In this document: positions 9,216 to 20,043 of the stretch, piece by piece | How the letters are laid out: each line of letters opens with the position of its first letter | How positions within the stretch are numbered: the first letter of the stretch is position 1 | Assembly: GCA_044229975.1 (NCBI GenBank) | Contig: JBGARZ010000001.1 | Span: 1-64,000 of the forward strand | Direction: 5' to 3' | Source of the DNA: Polyangiales bacterium | Lineage (GTDB): Bacteria > Myxococcota_A > Polyangia > Polyangiales > Ga0077539 | Length of the DNA stretch: 64,000 bases | Notes under the pieces: generated by a model | What the model saw: only the letters and a program-made list of their open reading frames with translations | What the model was told of the DNA's origin: nothing | Database searches by the model: none | Made by a program: the position numbers and the translations under genes

Positions 9216-12101
9216 ATGCGCTTCGCCGTTCCTGCCTTGATCGCTCTTGTCAGCGCTTGCTCCGCGGGACCCGTACTCCTCCCCGACGCATCCAACCCCG
9301 ACGCCGGACCATGCGGAGGCGCGTGTGGCGCCGGTACGGTCTGTGTCAGCGGGCGCTGCGTGGTGATGGACGATGTCGGCGCGAGCCTCGACGCGCCAGC
9401 GGTCGACGTCGGGACCGACCTCGGGGCGCCCGCGGACGCCGGAGCGCTCGACGTCAGCCCCCTGGACGTCGGCGATGACACCCACGCGGTCGACGTCGGC
9501 GGCGACACCGCTGCGGTTGATGCCCCCGCTACCTTCGATACGGCGCCCGACGTGCCCACGACACCCGATGTCCCGACCGTGCCCGATGTCCCAGTCGCGC
9601 TCGATGTCCCGCTGGCGTCTGACGTTCCCGTGACGCCCGACGACTCCACGCCGACGGTGCTGCACCCGATCGCGCCCCTCACCGGCGCCCACGCTCCTTC
9701 GCGCCGTCCGACCCTGCGCTGGGCGCTGCCGGCCGGCGTCGGCGGCGTGCGCGTGACCCTCTGCCGCAACCGCGCGCTCACCACCAGCTGCATCACCTAC
9801 GACGCAACGGGCACCAGCGGCGCGCCCACCGCCGACCTCGCGCCGGGCGTCTGGTACTGGAGCCTGCGGGCACTCACCAGCGGCGCCCCGACGGGAGCGG
9901 CGACCGCCGTCTGGCGGCTGCGCGTTGCGTCCGCGACCACCGCCGGGGCGCGCCCGTGGGGCGGCGATCCCGACTTCAACGGTGACGGCTACGCCGACGT
10001 CCTCGTCACTGAGCCGCAGGTCTCGGTCTCGGTCTACGACGGGGGTCCGACCGGGCTCGCGACGACGCCCCGTACCCTGGTCGCCCCCCTCGACTCGACT
10101 GGCTTCGCCCGGTCCGCGGACTTCGCGGGGGACTTCGACGGCGACGGGTACGGCGACCTCGTCGTGGGCTCGCCCGACTCCGACGCGGTGTACCTCTACC
10201 GCGGCTCGCCGGGCGGGGTGCTCACGGTCCCCACGGCGATCGTCGGCCCACGCAGCAGCCTGCTTGGGACGGCGGTCGCTGGGGCGGGTGACGTCGACGG
10301 CGATGGCTACGACGACGTCGTTACCACCAACCCGGGGGGCGCGGCCTTGTGGGTCCTCCCGGGCGGCGCCGCCGGGGTGGGGACGCCCGTCCGCGTGGGC
10401 AGCCTGTCCCCGCCCCCCTCCGCCGGATCCACCCTCCTCGGGGTCGGCGACGTCGACGGTGACGGCTTCGCCGATGTGGTGCTGGGTTCCCGGCTGCTGC
10501 GGGGCGCCGCGACGGGCTTCGCGCCAGGGATCTTCGTCGACTCCGGGGTCGTTGCCGTAGGCGACCTCAACAACGACGGCCTCGCCGACCTCGCCTCCCA
10601 ATTCGAGGCGTCGCGCTCGATGCGGGTCGTGCCCGGCGCCCGCACTTTCACCAACACCGCCACGAACGTGCCGGGCTCCGACGCGTTCTCGACCTCCAGC
10701 GACCAGCTCGGGAGGCGTGGCGGGGACTACAACGGCGACGGGTACGACGACCTCGTCGGTTACAACTGCATCGTGCCGGGAGGGCCGACCGGACCGGGGA
10801 CGCCCGTCGCGCTGATGTCCGGTTTCGGCACGGCCACCACCGCCGGGATGCTCGGTGCAGGCGACGTCGACGGCGACGGCTACGACGACGCGCTCTCGCG
10901 ACGCCGCTTCGAGTCGCTGGTGTACCTCACGCGCGGGACGGCGGCGGGGTTGGTGCTCGGCCGACTGACCTACACGGATCTGCGGGCGACGGATGGCACC
11001 TTCGACGCGACGCAGCCGCCGCTTGGTGTTGGGGACATCGATCACGACGGCCGCGCCGACCTCGCGCTCGGCCGGACCTTCTTCCGCGGGAGCGCCGCGG
11101 GCTTCGTGCGGGCGCCGACGTGGACCGTCGGGCGCGCGGGCGAGGCCGTCTCCGGCATGACGCGGGTGGGCGACGTCAATCGCGACGGCTACGACGACGT
11201 CCTCGCCTTCGGGCGTGAAGCCGTGACTGGCGGGACCGGATGGCGCTTCGCCTACTTCATCACGCCCGGATCGCCCACTGGCCCGACGGGGGCGCGCTAC
11301 GAGCTCGGCACGCCGACGGTCGAGCCCGTCATGCTCCCAGTGCCAGTCTCCTTCGCGGGCTACGCGGGGGACTTCAACGGAGACGGCTCCGCAGACGGAC
11401 TGCTGCCAGGGTACGGCTTCTTCACGATGGTTCGGGCGAGCTACTTCACGGGCCGGGCAACCTTCCCCACGACGACCCCGACGACCGAGTTCACCAGGCT
11501 GAACCCCACCTTCGCGGGCGACCTGAACCGCGACGGCTACGCCGACCTTCTGTACACCGACTCGGCAGGCATCCGCCGGGTGCTGCTGGGCTCGGCGACC
11601 GGTCCCGTCGAAGCGCCCACTGGCAGCCTCGCGTCGCCGAACCTCTCTATCCTCGGGGACGTCAACGGCGACGGCTACGCCGACCTGGGGTTGGGGGTGA
11701 CGAGCGGCGTCGAGATCCACCTCGGCTCGGCCGCCGGAGCGTCGGTTACGGCGAGCGCGATCTTCACGGGCGGCTACTCCTTCGGCGCGGTGGGAGACGT
11801 GAACGGCGACGGCTACGGCGACTGCGTCGGCGCCTCCACCACCACCTCCTCGTATCGGGACGCCTGGCTGTACGTGGGAAGCGCGACCGGCCCCACCAGC
11901 GCCGGCGCCCTCCGGGCCCCCGACGAGGCCACCCTCGTTCGGGGCTTCGGCCCCATCGGCTTCGGCGATGTCGACGGCGACGGCCGGAGCGACCTGGTCT
12001 TGCGGAACGCGCGTGGGGTGACGATCCAGCGCTTCGACGCCCCAGGAGCCCTCCCCACCACGCTGACCATCGGCACCGGCAGCGACGTGGTCTACCGCTG
12101 A
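9216..12101 (+). CDS. FG-GAP/VCBS repeat lipoprotein
   Basis: Lipobox LVSAC, small Cys motif, PDV-rich linker, Ig/Fn3-like domain, many GD(F/V)(N/D)GDGYxD repeats. Confidence 0.88.
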   Translation: MRFAVPALIALVSACSAGPVLLPDASNPDAGPCGGACGAGTVCVSGRCVVMDDVGASLDAPAVDVGTDLGAPADAGALDVSPLDVGDDTHAVDVGGDTAAVDAPATFDTAPDVPTTPDVPTVPDVPVALDVPLASDVPVTPDDSTPTVLHPIAPLTGAHAPSRRPTLRWALPAGVGGVRVTLCRNRALTTSCITYDATGTSGAPTADLAPGVWYWSLRALTSGAPTGAATAVWRLRVASATTAGARPWGGDPDFNGDGYADVLVTEPQVSVSVYDGGPTGLATTPRTLVAPLDSTGFARSADFAGDFDGDGYGDLVVGSPDSDAVYLYRGSPGGVLTVPTAIVGPRSSLLGTAVAGAGDVDGDGYDDVVTTNPGGAALWVLPGGAAGVGTPVRVGSLSPPPSAGSTLLGVGDVDGDGFADVVLGSRLLRGAATGFAPGIFVDSGVVAVGDLNNDGLADLASQFEASRSMRVVPGARTFTNTATNVPGSDAFSTSSDQLGRRGGDYNGDGYDDLVGYNCIVPGGPTGPGTPVALMSGFGTATTAGMLGAGDVDGDGYDDALSRRRFESLVYLTRGTAAGLVLGRLTYTDLRATDGTFDATQPPLGVGDIDHDGRADLALGRTFFRGSAAGFVRAPTWTVGRAGEAVSGMTRVGDVNRDGYDDVLAFGREAVTGGTGWRFAYFITPGSPTGPTGARYELGTPTVEPVMLPVPVSFAGYAGDFNGDGSADGLLPGYGFFTMVRASYFTGRATFPTTTPTTEFTRLNPTFAGDLNRDGYADLLYTDSAGIRRVLLGSATGPVEAPTGSLASPNLSILGDVNGDGYADLGLGVTSGVEIHLGSAAGASVTASAIFTGGYSFGAVGDVNGDGYGDCVGASTTTSSYRDAWLYVGSATGPTSAGALRAPDEATLVRGFGPIGFGDVDGDGRSDLVLRNARGVTIQRFDAPGALPTTLTIGTGSDVVYR

Positions 12102-13456
12102 TCGGGGCGCGGCACGACGGGCGGCGGCGCGATGACCACCGCGCGCCCTCGCCGGGCCACCACCACACACCCCTCCCCCCGCATCGCCTCATCGACACAC
12201 GGCCCGCGACGCTCGTCGCACACGAGGTACCTCCCCGGCGGGCACCAGCCGAGACCGCGCGCCGCCACCATCGCCGCCGTGCGCGCGCGCTGCTCGTGCA
12301 AGTCGCCCCACACCGGAACATCGCGCCCGATGACGGAGAGCCCCGGGTGCGTGGCGTTGACCATCACGAGTTCGCGCAGGTCAGGTTCCTCGCCGGCCCA
12401 CCGAGCGGCGCGCGCGACGTCGCCCTGGCAGTACCCGGACACGTAAAGCACCACCAGCACGACGACCGACTGCACCGCGGTAAGCGCGATGGCGATGCCC
12501 CGCTCGCGCGGTGACCACGCGGTCTTCGCGACGACGAGCGCGGCCGTCACCAGCGGCACCGCCACCAGCACAAAGCGGAACTCCTTGTGCGCGATGGCGC
12601 TCATCCCCGCGAGGTAGACGGCGGCAGTGGCGCCCGCGAGACCGAGGCGTCGGCGGTCGAAGGACGCGAGCGCGACCCACGCCCCCGCGGGCACCAACAG
12701 CGGCAGGCACGCGACGTAGAACCACGCGGGCCGAGCGCCGAAGTCGATGCGCGCGCGGTCGTCGACGAGGTTGTAGCGGAGGTACGCGAGCACCGAGTGG
12801 AAGGCGTCGCCCCAGAAGAGACGATCGGCGACGCCGAGCGCAACGACGGGAATCACGATACCAAGTGCCGCGCGAACGAGCGCCGACCGATCACGACGGA
12901 GGACAAGCGCGACGGCGGGCGCCACGAGGAGGAGACCCGACGGGTAGCGCAGCACGAAGGCGGCGCCGAGCCAGAGGCCCATGCGAAATGGCGCGGCGTC
13001 GAAGCACGCGAGGGCCATGAGCACGGCGAGCAGCGAGAGCGACTCGCCCATCGGGCGGAAGAGAAGATTGGCGATGGGGACCGAGCACGCGATGAGCGCC
13101 ACGGCGAGCTCGGCGCGGGCCTCATCGGTGCGCCGCAGGAGGTGCGCGTGGAGCGCGACGAGGGCGCGCAGCGAGCAGAGACCCGTGACGAGGTGCAGCG
13201 CGTGGAGGATGGCAGTGGGAGACGTGACGCCGAGGCGACGCACGACCGAGAGCAGCGCCGCCACGAGGCCGGGGCCGAGGACGTTGCGCATGCCGAGGTA
13301 CCACTCGCGGGTGGTGGTTCCGTAGCCGACGACCCAGCGCTGGGCGGGCTCGACCCACTGATGGACCTCGTCGGGGTGGAGGCGTCCGCCGATGGCGACG
13401 GCGCAGACGAGCTGGAGCGCGGCCGAGACGAGCAGCCAGCGGCCGAGGCGGGTCAC
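12092..13456 (-). CDS. Alg9/PIG-B-like mannosyltransferase (GT22, GT-C fold)
   Basis: HPDEVHQWVEPA..GYG...EW..GMR, later HKEFRF; multi-TM; GTG start overlaps upstream stop (GTGA). Confidence 0.8.
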   Translation of the reverse strand: MTRLGRWLLVSAALQLVCAVAIGGRLHPDEVHQWVEPAQRWVVGYGTTTREWYLGMRNVLGPGLVAALLSVVRRLGVTSPTAILHALHLVTGLCSLRALVALHAHLLRRTDEARAELAVALIACSVPIANLLFRPMGESLSLLAVLMALACFDAAPFRMGLWLGAAFVLRYPSGLLLVAPAVALVLRRDRSALVRAALGIVIPVVALGVADRLFWGDAFHSVLAYLRYNLVDDRARIDFGARPAWFYVACLPLLVPAGAWVALASFDRRRLGLAGATAAVYLAGMSAIAHKEFRFVLVAVPLVTAALVVAKTAWSPRERGIAIALTAVQSVVVLVVLYVSGYCQGDVARAARWAGEEPDLRELVMVNATHPGLSVIGRDVPVWGDLHEQRARTAAMVAARGLGWCPPGRYLVCDERRGPCVDEAMRGEGCVVVARRGRAVVIAPPPVVPRPDQR

Positions 13457-13920
13457 CGCAGGGCGAGACGGTAGGCCACGCGCTGACAGCCGTTGGGGTC
13501 GAGGCGCACGCTCGCGAAGTACGCGCCCGGCGCGGGCGGCGCGAAGGGCTGCTCGCGCGGGTCCCAGTTGGGGGCGCGCGCGAAGACCGGGATGAGGAGC
13601 TGGCCGAGCACCTGCCCCTGCGGCGCATGAACGCTGAGCGTCGCCGTCGCGCCGAGGCTGTTCTCCTGCGCCTGCCCGAGGATGTGCACCGTCACGGGGC
13701 GCGCGTCGGGCATCGACACGCGGTACCAGGCCACCTGCCCGCAACCGATGGCCCCGGTGGTCTCCTCGCCCGGAACCAACGGAATCGCCGTCTCCATCGA
13801 GCTGTTGGGCAGCGCGAAGGTCTCGTTGCTCGACGCCTCCAGCGACGCCTCCTGCGTGACGCGCGTCGTCGCGCAGCCGAAGGTCAACACACCCAGCAAG
13901 GCGACGATTGAACGGTTCAC
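13453..13920 (-). CDS. Small lipoprotein with PPC-like beta-sandwich
   Basis: Lipobox LTFGC; AWYRV...PGAYFASV pattern. Confidence 0.65.
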   Translation of the reverse strand: MNRSIVALLGVLTFGCATTRVTQEASLEASSNETFALPNSSMETAIPLVPGEETTGAIGCGQVAWYRVSMPDARPVTVHILGQAQENSLGATATLSVHAPQGQVLGQLLIPVFARAPNWDPREQPFAPPAPGAYFASVRLDPNGCQRVAYRLALR

Positions 13921-14021
13921 GGGGGCCTCCACCGACCCGCCTTCTGCCACGGCCGACGGGGTCGAGGGAAGGGCATCCAATACGCTTGTGGCAGCGTAAC
14001 CGCAGTGCGAAGGTGCCGCGC

Positions 14022-14870
14022 ATGCGACGTCCCACGGACGAGGAGCTCGGTCTCCTCAGCGTGACCGAGAGGGTCTGTTTCGAGATCGCCGATGTGGTCA
14101 ACCGCCGACCACTCGCCAAGCGAGCCGCACACGCGTTTCTCGCGAGCGTGGGCCAGACGTGGGTGCACTACTCGACCCGCCACCTCGTGCACCACCTCGG
14201 GCTCGAACGCCTGCAGAAGCTCGACCCCGATCGCGGGGTCTTTCTGGTGTCCAACCACCGGAGCTTCTTCGACTTCTATGCCATCTCGTCGGTGATGCTC
14301 CGCGCCTGCCCCTGGATCACCGCCATCTACTTTCCGGTGCGCTCCAACTTCTTCTACGAGGGCCCGCTGGGGGTCTTGGTCAACATGGTGATGTCGGCGT
14401 GGGCCATGTACCCGCCGGTCATGCGGCAGTCGTCCAAGCGCGCGTTCAACCAGTTCACCCTCGACGCGGTCGACTCCTTCCTGCGCGATCGCGGGAGCGT
14501 CATCGGGTACCACCCCGAGGGGCGACGCGGCACCGGGCCCGACCCCTACGAGCTGCTGCCCGCCAGCGTCGGCACGGGTAGCATCATCTACCGCGCGCGA
14601 CCCGTGGTGGTGCCGGTGTTCACGCTCGGGCTCGTCAACGACATCACCCGGCAGGTGGCGGGCAACTTCAACGGCAAGGGCGAGAGCGTCACCATGGTGT
14701 TCGGCGAAGCCCTCGACCTCGAACGCTTCTACGCCATGCCCGCCGAGGCAGAGACCTACAAGGCCATCGCCGACCACGTGCGCGACGCGATCATGGCGCT
14801 CTCGGTCGACGAGCGGGCCCTGCGACGCGCGAAGGGCCTGCGCTCACACGAGGTCGTCGGCTCAGCGTAG
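14022..14870 (+). CDS. Lysophospholipid acyltransferase (PlsC family)
   Basis: NHRSFFD (HX4D) and HPEGRR motifs. Confidence 0.88.
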   Translation: MRRPTDEELGLLSVTERVCFEIADVVNRRPLAKRAAHAFLASVGQTWVHYSTRHLVHHLGLERLQKLDPDRGVFLVSNHRSFFDFYAISSVMLRACPWITAIYFPVRSNFFYEGPLGVLVNMVMSAWAMYPPVMRQSSKRAFNQFTLDAVDSFLRDRGSVIGYHPEGRRGTGPDPYELLPASVGTGSIIYRARPVVVPVFTLGLVNDITRQVAGNFNGKGESVTMVFGEALDLERFYAMPAEAETYKAIADHVRDAIMALSVDERALRRAKGLRSHEVVGSA

Positions 14871-17800
14871 TCGGCGACGGCGAGCGGACAGCGCGACAGC
14901 GAGCGCGCCGACGATCCACCAGCCCCGAGGCACACGGTGGGTCGAACCAGCGGAGCACGCACAGCCCGCCGGGTCGTCGGCTCGGCGCGGGGTCATCGGA
15001 CCGACGGTGCGCTCGCGGACCGTGACCGTGCCAGTGGCCATGGTCTCGTGTCCGCCCACGTCGGTCGCGCTCGCGCGGATGGTGTAGACGCCCGGCGCCA
15101 GGTAGCTGCGCGCGTCGGCCGCGATGCCGTCGAACGCGAGGCGCACCGTGCGCGAAGGGAGCGGCGTGCGGAGCGTCTCGTCGTCGAGCGATCGCACCAC
15201 GACGCCCGACGGGTCGAGGAGGTCGGCGCGGGTGCGCGCGAGGCCGGTGCGATCGGCGAAGGTCACCTCCAGGTTGCTCGTCTCCAGCGGCGGCGCGAAG
15301 GACTCGGGGTTGGCCCCGATGCGGATGGTGGGCGGGGCGCGATCGACCACCGTGAAGCCATCGGACTGCGCCTCGGCGCTCGATCCGTCGGCCCCGACGG
15401 CGACGACGCCCACGCGGTAGCGACCGCCGACGCGGAGGGGAAGATCGGACACGCGCGCCCGGTCGCCGCTGACCTCGGTGTACTCGGGAAACTGCAACGC
15501 GGTGCCCGCGAGCGTGGTGACCCGCACCTGGAAGCGCGTGGCGCCGGCGGGAGGGTTCCAGCGCGCGGTGATGGTGTCGAAGGTCTCGACCTCGTCGAGG
15601 TCGGTGTCGCTGGCGTCGTCGGCGGGGTCGGTGTCGCGAACGCCTTCGGGTGTGGGGAGCGTGCGAGCGCCGAGCGCGTAGAGGTACCCGTCGCCCACGG
15701 AGACGAGCACGTCGTCGGTGCCGTCACCGTCGGCGTCGCCCACCACCGGCTCGCCGACGGGGTAGTGGAAGTCGTGCGCCCAGCGGAGCGCCAGCGTGCA
15801 GGCGTCGAGCGCGTAGAGCCAGCCGTCGGTGCTGCCCACGAGCACCACCGGGTGCCCCTCCCCGTCGGCATCGGTGACGGAGGTGACGTTGCTGAGCGTG
15901 ACGGACCGCGCCGTCGCCGGGACCGCGTCGAGCGTGGGGTACACCCGACCGCCCACCAGCGAGGCGCGCGCGATGGTGGCCGCAGCGGGCGCGTCACCGT
16001 CGGCGGTGAGGTCCTGGGGATGGATGACGCGGAGCTCGGGGGTGCCCTGCGGGTTGACCGTGAAGGCGGGCCGACTGGCGCAGCGGAGCACCGTGCCGCC
16101 CGCGACGGAGAGCGGGACGTCGGCGAGGCGACCGCGGCGCTGGAGGTCGAGGCCATAGAGCCCATCGGAGAGGCTCCCCTGGAGATAGAACTCGGGTGCG
16201 CTGCCGCTCCACGACGACACGACGGGCGAGCCATAGGGCACACCCATCCCATCGGGCGAGGCGGTGCCGTCGCGACCGTCGAGGCGGTTGACCGTGCCGT
16301 AGCAGGTCAGCACGTCGTCGGTGCCATCGCCGGTGAGGTCGGCCACGGCGAAGGAGCCCACGGCCGAGGAGATGGCGCGCGAGAAGGTGTTCCAGCGGAC
16401 GGAGCCGTCGCGGCCGCGGAAGGCCGACGGGCGCGCGACGTTGCCGGGTTCGAGGCGCTGCAGGAAGAGGTCGACGCCCGGCTCGCCGACGCGTCGCACC
16501 GGCAGCACGTCGCCCACCACCCGCGAGCCCGCGGGACCAGCGGCCTCCGCCATCGACCAGCGGGTCGAGGTGCCCTGCATGGGATCGATGGACAACAGCG
16601 CCCGACCGTCGATGGCCGCCACGTCGTTGGCGCCGTCGCCGTCGAGGTCGGAGATGAGGGGCCACGCCGCACGGCCGCGCGCCCATCGCACCGTCGGCGG
16701 GACGGCGAGCGATCCGCGACGCGCGTCGAGTCGCACCAGCGCCGGTCGGCTGTCGGTGACCAGCACCACGCGCTCGCCCCCGGAGGCGCCGGGCAGGGTG
16801 CCGATGACGGGCGTCGGACCGACGAGCGTCGAGCCGGAGTAGTACCCGCCGACGCGCATCCCAGGAATGGTGAACTCGGTGCCCACGAGGCGGTTGGTGG
16901 GGCGCAGCTCGCGGTCGAGCGCGAGCAGGTAGCCATCACTCGTGACGACCAGCGGCTGGGCGTAGTCGCGCGAGAGGCGATCGCCCGACAGGAAGGTCAG
17001 CATCGTCGTGGCCGCGGGCGCGTCGAGGGTGCCGCGCGCGGTGGGCGTCGACCCGCCGATGTCATAGGCGACGAGCGTCGTGACGACGCGCGCCTCGGGC
17101 TCAAGCGCGGGGTCGAAGGCCGCCGTGAGGAGCTCGAGCGGTGAGCTCGCGTCGTCGTCGAGCTGCATGGTGAGCGGGCGAGACGCGAGGCCCACGCGCG
17201 GCGCGAGCGACGGGTCGAGGGCCACGATGGGGCGGCGCTCGGGCAGCGTCCAACGCGCGGTGAGCACGCCCGCCGCGTAGGTGAAGGCCGCGGTCGCGCG
17301 GTCGTCCTGCACGCCGACGATGACGGGCTGGTTGCCCCGCGAGGCAGAGGCTGGGAGCACGCCGACGAGCTCGAAGCCGTCGCGGGTGGCGCGCACCGTT
17401 CCGGTCGCGGCATCGCGGACGCTCAGGCTCCACCGACGCATGACGCCGTCGTAGTTGCTGAACACCACTTCGAGCTGACCGTCGCCATCGAGGTCGACCA
17501 CGCTGTCGGCGGAGAACGCCAGGTTGCCCCCGGCGGGGTCGGCCTGCACCGCCTCCCACTTGAGCGTCGCGGTCGAGCGCGTGGGGAGCGGCGGGTCGAA
17601 CACGGCGACGCGGCGCGCCCCGAACCCGGGTGTGCCCGCGCGGACGGAGTTGGTCACCACGACGAGCTCGCGCGCGGGGTCGTCGTCGACGTTGACCGCC
17701 ATTGGCACGGACATCTGCGTGAACGACCCCGACGGTGGCGCAGGGATGGTCCATCGGACGACCCCGGAGCGGCCGTCGAGGACGAGCATCTCGGTGTCGC

Positions 17801-18485
17801 CCTGGGTGACCAGCACCTCGGACATGCCGTCGCCGTCGAGGTCGGTGATGAGGTCGTTCTGGGTTCCGCAGCGCGAGGCCGACATGGGGAGCTGCCAGAG
17901 CGTGCGGGGCGCCGCGAAGCCGTCGCGAAACGAGTACGCCGCAGCCGCGATGGAGCCCTGCACGCACTCGCCGACGTACAGCTCGTCGAGGCCGTCGCCG
18001 TCGAGGTCGCCCATCCGCACGTTGGCCGTGAAGCCGCGCACCTCACGCGGCACCTCCCACAGCACGCGGCCGTCGCCCCCGTTGAGCACCATCGCGGCTC
18101 CGCGATCGCCGATGACGACGACCTCGTTGCGTCCGTCGCGATCGAGGTCGCCGATGCCGACGAGGGACGCCGCGGCCACGAGCGGGCTCTCCCACACCAG
18201 CGAGTCGTCGGCGTGCTTGCAGATGACCTTGCCGCTCGCGACGAAGACCACGTCGGTCACCCCGTCGCGGTCGACGTCGGCGACCCGCCATTGATCGGCG
18301 CGGAGCTGCCCCCCGAGGTAGTGCCGCCAGCGGATCGCAGGAGCCGGCAGACGGATAGGCCCCAGCGCGGCGCCCGTGCGCTGCGGGTCGTGCCGGAGGT
18401 TGGGCCAGTCGTGGGCACCCACGACGGCGGGCGCCAGCACGAGGGACAGGACGAGCCAGCGAGGGGCGACGGTGGGAGCGGTCAT
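14862..18485 (-). CDS. Large surface protein: PQQ/FG-GAP beta-propellers, Fn3- and FlgD-like Ig domains, MYXO-CTERM-like tail
   Basis: Signal peptide, DWPNLRHDPQRTG, DLDGDG repeats, C-terminal GCACSAG...WWIVGALAVALSARRRR. Confidence 0.85.
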   Translation of the reverse strand: MTAPTVAPRWLVLSLVLAPAVVGAHDWPNLRHDPQRTGAALGPIRLPAPAIRWRHYLGGQLRADQWRVADVDRDGVTDVVFVASGKVICKHADDSLVWESPLVAAASLVGIGDLDRDGRNEVVVIGDRGAAMVLNGGDGRVLWEVPREVRGFTANVRMGDLDGDGLDELYVGECVQGSIAAAAYSFRDGFAAPRTLWQLPMSASRCGTQNDLITDLDGDGMSEVLVTQGDTEMLVLDGRSGVVRWTIPAPPSGSFTQMSVPMAVNVDDDPARELVVVTNSVRAGTPGFGARRVAVFDPPLPTRSTATLKWEAVQADPAGGNLAFSADSVVDLDGDGQLEVVFSNYDGVMRRWSLSVRDAATGTVRATRDGFELVGVLPASASRGNQPVIVGVQDDRATAAFTYAAGVLTARWTLPERRPIVALDPSLAPRVGLASRPLTMQLDDDASSPLELLTAAFDPALEPEARVVTTLVAYDIGGSTPTARGTLDAPAATTMLTFLSGDRLSRDYAQPLVVTSDGYLLALDRELRPTNRLVGTEFTIPGMRVGGYYSGSTLVGPTPVIGTLPGASGGERVVLVTDSRPALVRLDARRGSLAVPPTVRWARGRAAWPLISDLDGDGANDVAAIDGRALLSIDPMQGTSTRWSMAEAAGPAGSRVVGDVLPVRRVGEPGVDLFLQRLEPGNVARPSAFRGRDGSVRWNTFSRAISSAVGSFAVADLTGDGTDDVLTCYGTVNRLDGRDGTASPDGMGVPYGSPVVSSWSGSAPEFYLQGSLSDGLYGLDLQRRGRLADVPLSVAGGTVLRCASRPAFTVNPQGTPELRVIHPQDLTADGDAPAAATIARASLVGGRVYPTLDAVPATARSVTLSNVTSVTDADGEGHPVVLVGSTDGWLYALDACTLALRWAHDFHYPVGEPVVGDADGDGTDDVLVSVGDGYLYALGARTLPTPEGVRDTDPADDASDTDLDEVETFDTITARWNPPAGATRFQVRVTTLAGTALQFPEYTEVSGDRARVSDLPLRVGGRYRVGVVAVGADGSSAEAQSDGFTVVDRAPPTIRIGANPESFAPPLETSNLEVTFADRTGLARTRADLLDPSGVVVRSLDDETLRTPLPSRTVRLAFDGIAADARSYLAPGVYTIRASATDVGGHETMATGTVTVRERTVGPMTPRRADDPAGCACSAGSTHRVPRGWWIVGALAVALSARRRRLR

Positions 18486-18525
18486 GGTGATGGCCCCGTT
18501 GGGTGCGCCGTCACCCCGGGGAGGT

Positions 18526-19317
18526 TCACGCCGCCATGGCGCGAATGAGGACGACGGTGATGTTGTCGAGACCACCGGCCAGGTTGGCCGCGTCGATGAG
18601 CGCCGAGCACGCGTCGGTGAGGGCCTCGTGCTCGTGGACGATCTGCGCGATGCGACGGTCGGAGAGCATGCCGGTGAGGCCGTCGCAGCAGAGGAGCAGC
18701 GTGTCGCCGACGTGGAGTTCGTGCCGGTGCAGCTCCACCGCGACGTCGGGCTTCATCCCGAGCGCGCGGGTGATGACGTTCTTGTACGGGAACTTCTTGA
18801 GCTGCTCGTCGGTGAGGTCGGGCCGCGTGCGGCGGTACTCCTCCAACAGCGAGTGGTCGGTGGTGAGCGGCTCGATGGTGCCGGTGGCGCGCACCATGTA
18901 CCCGCGCGAGTCGCCGACGTGGGCAACCCAGGCCGCGCCGTGTCGCACGAGCGCGCCCACGAAGGTGGTGCCCATGCCGCGCCGGTCGGGGCTCTCGCGC
19001 GACGACTCGTAGATGCGGAGGTTGGCGTACTGCACCGCGATGCCGAGGGTGTCGGCGTCGTAGCGCTCGCCGCGCGCCTGCTTGAAGGGCCACGACAGCG
19101 ACGGCTCGTCGCGGGTGTCCTCGAAGAACTGGCACACGACGTCGACGGCCATCGCGCTGGCGACCTCGCCGGCGTTGTGACCGCCCATGCCGTCGGCCAC
19201 GAGGTAGAGGCCCTCGTCAGGCGCGACCTTGAACGAGTCCTCGTTGTGGGCCCGCTTGCGACCAACGTCCGTGAGGGCCGCGTACTCCACCTGAAGGCGC
19301 TCGGGCATCGGGGGCAT
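18526..19317 (-). CDS. PP2C-type Ser/Thr phosphatase (Stp1/IreP family)
   Basis: TDVGRKRAHNED, VADGMGG, HVGDSR, CCDGL, GGLDNIT. Confidence 0.93.
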   Translation of the reverse strand: MPPMPERLQVEYAALTDVGRKRAHNEDSFKVAPDEGLYLVADGMGGHNAGEVASAMAVDVVCQFFEDTRDEPSLSWPFKQARGERYDADTLGIAVQYANLRIYESSRESPDRRGMGTTFVGALVRHGAAWVAHVGDSRGYMVRATGTIEPLTTDHSLLEEYRRTRPDLTDEQLKKFPYKNVITRALGMKPDVAVELHRHELHVGDTLLLCCDGLTGMLSDRRIAQIVHEHEALTDACSALIDAANLAGGLDNITVVLIRAMAA

Positions 19318-19341
19318 TGTCGTCAGGAGCGAAGGACGAGG

Positions 19342-19953
19342 TCAACGACGTTCGGGGTGGGGCGTCTCATCGATGAGCAGGTTGGAGTCCGTCCAGCGCC
19401 AGCGGGCGACGTGGAGGCCGGCGCCCTCCTCCCCCTCCGGGATCACGAAGGAGAAGGTCAGCAGCCGCCCGCCCCCGGGGTGGGGGGTGAGCGCCGGCGC
19501 CGGGCCGCGGATGACCCCGCCGTCGCCAAGATCGAGGGGTTCGCGCCCCAGCATCGCCACATACTCGGGGTACGCCATCCCGACCACGGTGCGAGCCAGG
19601 CGCGTCGCGTCGGGAATCTCCCCGCGCTCGATCCACAAGGTCAGCGCCCGCTCGGCCCCTGCAACCCCCTCCCACGCGCGGGAGCTTTCGATCAACGCGG
19701 CGCCCGGCCGGCCCCCGCGTTCGAAGCGCACGAACACCGTCCCCGGCGGCGCGGGCACCGACAGCAGGTATGGTGCGCTCGTCGCGGCGTCGCTGTTGGC
19801 CGCGAGGCCGCGGGCGGCGACCTCCATCGTGGGGATCTGCGCTGGCCGGGGCGCTCCCTCGCGGGGCGCAGGCCGACCGGGTTCGTTGGGGGAGCGCTTG
19901 CACGCCGCGAGGAGAAGCAGGCACGCCAGCGAGGTGGAGCGGAGGTGGTTCAT
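19342..19953 (-). CDS. Hypothetical lipoprotein
   Basis: Lipobox LLAAC; co-oriented upstream of the PP2C gene. Confidence 0.6.
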   Translation of the reverse strand: MNHLRSTSLACLLLLAACKRSPNEPGRPAPREGAPRPAQIPTMEVAARGLAANSDAATSAPYLLSVPAPPGTVFVRFERGGRPGAALIESSRAWEGVAGAERALTLWIERGEIPDATRLARTVVGMAYPEYVAMLGREPLDLGDGGVIRGPAPALTPHPGGGRLLTFSFVIPEGEEGAGLHVARWRWTDSNLLIDETPHPERR

Positions 19954-20043
19954 GGGGCTTTCGGGGGCGTAGGCGGCCGCGACTCTATACCGCCCAACGA
20001 CGCCTTGACACTGTCGGGGTCGAGGTGAAAAGGTCGCGCCAGC

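Noticed and set aside
8544..12170. 1208-aa minus-strand ORF and similar long ORFs (4750-7194, 42275-45547, 53087-55948, 20946-23804)
   Set aside because: Antisense or off-frame shadows of real high-GC genes; Arg/Gly/Ala-rich with no motifs
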